DNA from: Camelus ferus
Lineage: Eukaryota
DNA: 64,000 nucleotides
NCBI RefSeq assembly: GCF_009834535.1
Contig: NC_045697.1
Span: 83,330,001 to 83,394,000 of the forward strand
Direction of reading: 5' to 3'
In this document: positions 61,552 to 64,000 of the stretch, in pieces
How the letters are laid out: each line of letters opens with the position of its first letter
How positions within the stretch are numbered: the first letter of the stretch is position 1
The notes under the pieces: generated by a model
The model's database searches: none
Seen by the model: only the letters and a program-made list of their open reading frames with translations
What the model was told of the DNA's origin: nothing
Position numbers and translations under genes: made by a program

Positions 61552-62539
61552 AGAGAGAATGTCTCAGATCACAACTCTCTAAATAAGAGGAGCACTTGAT
61601 ATGTAAGATCAACAATGTCTTGTTTGGAACAAGAACAGAGACACAGGGAGGTGGGGGAGATTTCCTAGATTTGTCATAAAATTTTGAGAAGCTGAGAAGA
61701 TGGCACTGCACAGGGATCCACACAGCCAAGCCAGATCTGCAGAAAGCATCTGTCAGTTGGACAGGGGAGGAGCGTAAAGTGTCAGTATCAGTGAGCAGTG
61801 GAGAAATAAAACTGAAAAGAATTCACTTACAAACATAGCACACGATGGGAGAATTCCCACTGGAGGGAGTACACTCTTGGCCTCAACTCCACATGGACAT
61901 TTTGCAAATAGCTGGTACATAAAGAATTTATCTCATTCAAAAAAGAGTATTAATTTTTTAAAAACTACAGTTGGTCTTATATGAAGATTAAAAGACTAGA
62001 GAAAAAAAGAAACAGGGAGAAAATCCAAACAAAAATACATTACCTTCAAAATGTTATCATGTTACCAATGAAAATTGTGGCCCATGGCAGAGTCATAACT
62101 TCAGACAAATTTATGACATAATGGCCTCAGGAAGGTAAGGGGTATGCATCTCAGGGAAGATACAGGACAACAACAGGAGATGGAATTGTGACATGTCAGA
62201 GCTCAGGAAGATGAGAAGAATACACATAATAATAATATAGAAATGAGGACAAAATTAGAAACATCATGAAGAAAAATAGACAATTTGGAAAAACAGTAAA
62301 ATCATAATGGCTCAGAACTTTTCATCAAATTTTTCTGTAAACATAAAACGGCTCTAAAAAACAGTCTATTCATTTTTTTTTAAAGTTATTTCTGAAGTAT
62401 TCACCAAAAAGGAATAACGGAAGATTTGAAGGAAAAAAGTAAAATGAACTCTCATTAATGCAAAAAATAAAAACCAAAGCAAACTGAAAAATAGATGGAT
62501 ACCCTTTTTCATTTCTATTTTTTAACTACAGGTACTAGC

Positions 62540-63960
62540 CACAAATTTAGGGAAAGAACACATGAGACACAAAACTGGACAAGAGGAAATAAAAGTACCA
62601 TTATTTGTTGATAATATGATTATTTGCTTGGAAAGGCCAATAAAATCAACTGAAGAACTTTTATAAATTTTAAGAGAAATTATTAAGTATGAGTAAGAAA
62701 TTAATGTCCAGAAATCAATAGTCCTCATGGAGGCAAACAACTAATTAAGAAGTTAATGGAAGAAAATGTCAGTCATAATATGAACAAAATGAAAATCTCT
62801 AAAGTAAACTGAAGGATTATGTGAAATCTGAATAAAATAATAACTTAATAATATTACTGAGGGACACAGAAAATAGAAAACATGAAAGAATATACTGTGT
62901 TCTTAAATTGCCGCCCTTTATAACATAAGGATATCAATTATACGAATTAATCAAAATCTTAATATGACCCCTCAAAAATACCATTTAAAAAAAATTAAAC
63001 CAGGTGGTTCTACAATACATATGCAAAATCAACAAGCAAGGATAATGTTAAAAATAAGGGAAGATAGGAGACCAGCTGTCCAGATAGTAAAATATTTTAT
63101 TAAACTACGGTAATTAAGAATATGTGATATTTATGCATGACTGGAAAATAGGCCAATAGAACAGACATGACAAAATACAGAATTAGATCTAATACATACA
63201 GGAATGTATTCTGACAAAAATAACATTTTTAACGGGGAAAATGGATTATTTAACAAATAGTTTTCAGATAACTTAGCACACAAAAAATTAAGATATATTC
63301 CTAACTCATGTCTTACTCAACATAAATTTCAAACAAATCAAAGAATTAAACAAAAATACTCTAAAAGTACTAAAAAAATTAAGTAAATAAATTAATAATC
63401 TCGTTTTTCTGAGTGCACTGCAAAACTCAGAAACTGCAAAAAAAGATACATTTAACTGCACAAAAATTTAAATTTTCTGCATATAAAAAAATCATAAAAA
63501 TCAAAAGACAAATAAAAAACAGGAAAAAATTACAACTTACATTACGCACTTACAAAAGACTAATATTCTTACAAGAATTCTACAAATCAATAAAATAATA
63601 ACCCAATAGAAAAAGATGAACAAGGTAAATAATAAGGCAGTTCACAAGAAAAGAAACACAAATGGCTCTCAACTTACAAGAGAGCATTCAACTTACTTAA
63701 TAAGAGAAACCAAAGTAAACTGTTGAGCCAATGAACCATATGTTTTTATCCAACATCCATCGTTTCATCTAACTATACTTTCATCTAGTAGCAATTTCAC
63801 AATCTTAACCAAAATTATAAATTCTCAGACCTTTTATTTCAGCATCTGTACTAGAAATCTCTCCTACTGACTTGGGGACGTATGAGAAAAACGGGCACAT
63901 AGAAGGATATTGATTGCAACATTGTTTGTATGAGCTAAGATTGACAAAGAATGCCAAGAT
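62540..63960 (+). mobile_element. Heavily decayed L1ME-like ORF2 (RT through C-terminal region)
   Basis: attatttgttgataatatgattatttgc resembles LFADDMI; aacccaatagaaaaa; ggcagttcacaagaaaagaaacacaaatggctc. Confidence 0.75.
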
Positions 63961-64000
63961 CTACACTAAACCCCTATCCTGAAGGTTGACTGAATAATTG

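Noticed and set aside
1..64000. CRISPR arrays, prokaryotic operons, rRNA, NUMT or processed pseudogene
   Set aside because: The sequence is mammalian repeat-rich DNA; I saw no spaced repeat array, long ORF or recognisable mitochondrial or mRNA-derived segment

Overview
This is AT-rich, CpG-poor mammalian genomic DNA, very probably from a camelid (alpaca, llama or camel). That call rests on three Vic-1-type tRNA-derived SINEs and several cetartiodactyl/camelid-style L1 3' ends. A large part of the window is decayed transposable elements: L1, L2, MIR, ERV1/ERVL/MaLR solo LTRs, Tigger and hAT-Charlie. I could not identify any host protein-coding exon; the recognisable ORFs in the track are L1 ORF1/ORF2 remnants. 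All young L1s and all ERV1-type LTRs lie on the + strand, which suggests the window sits inside a minus-strand transcription unit. The best non-repeat signals are a promoter-like element at about 46.65-47.2 kb (CCAAT box, POU octamer inside an inverted repeat, GC boxes), a dense solo-LTR cluster next to it (47.6-53.0 kb), several candidate non-coding exons, a perfect 19-bp hairpin and a few small duplications or micro-insertions. I found no convincing new biological system. Repeat subfamily names come from my recall of consensus sequences and were not checked by any search.
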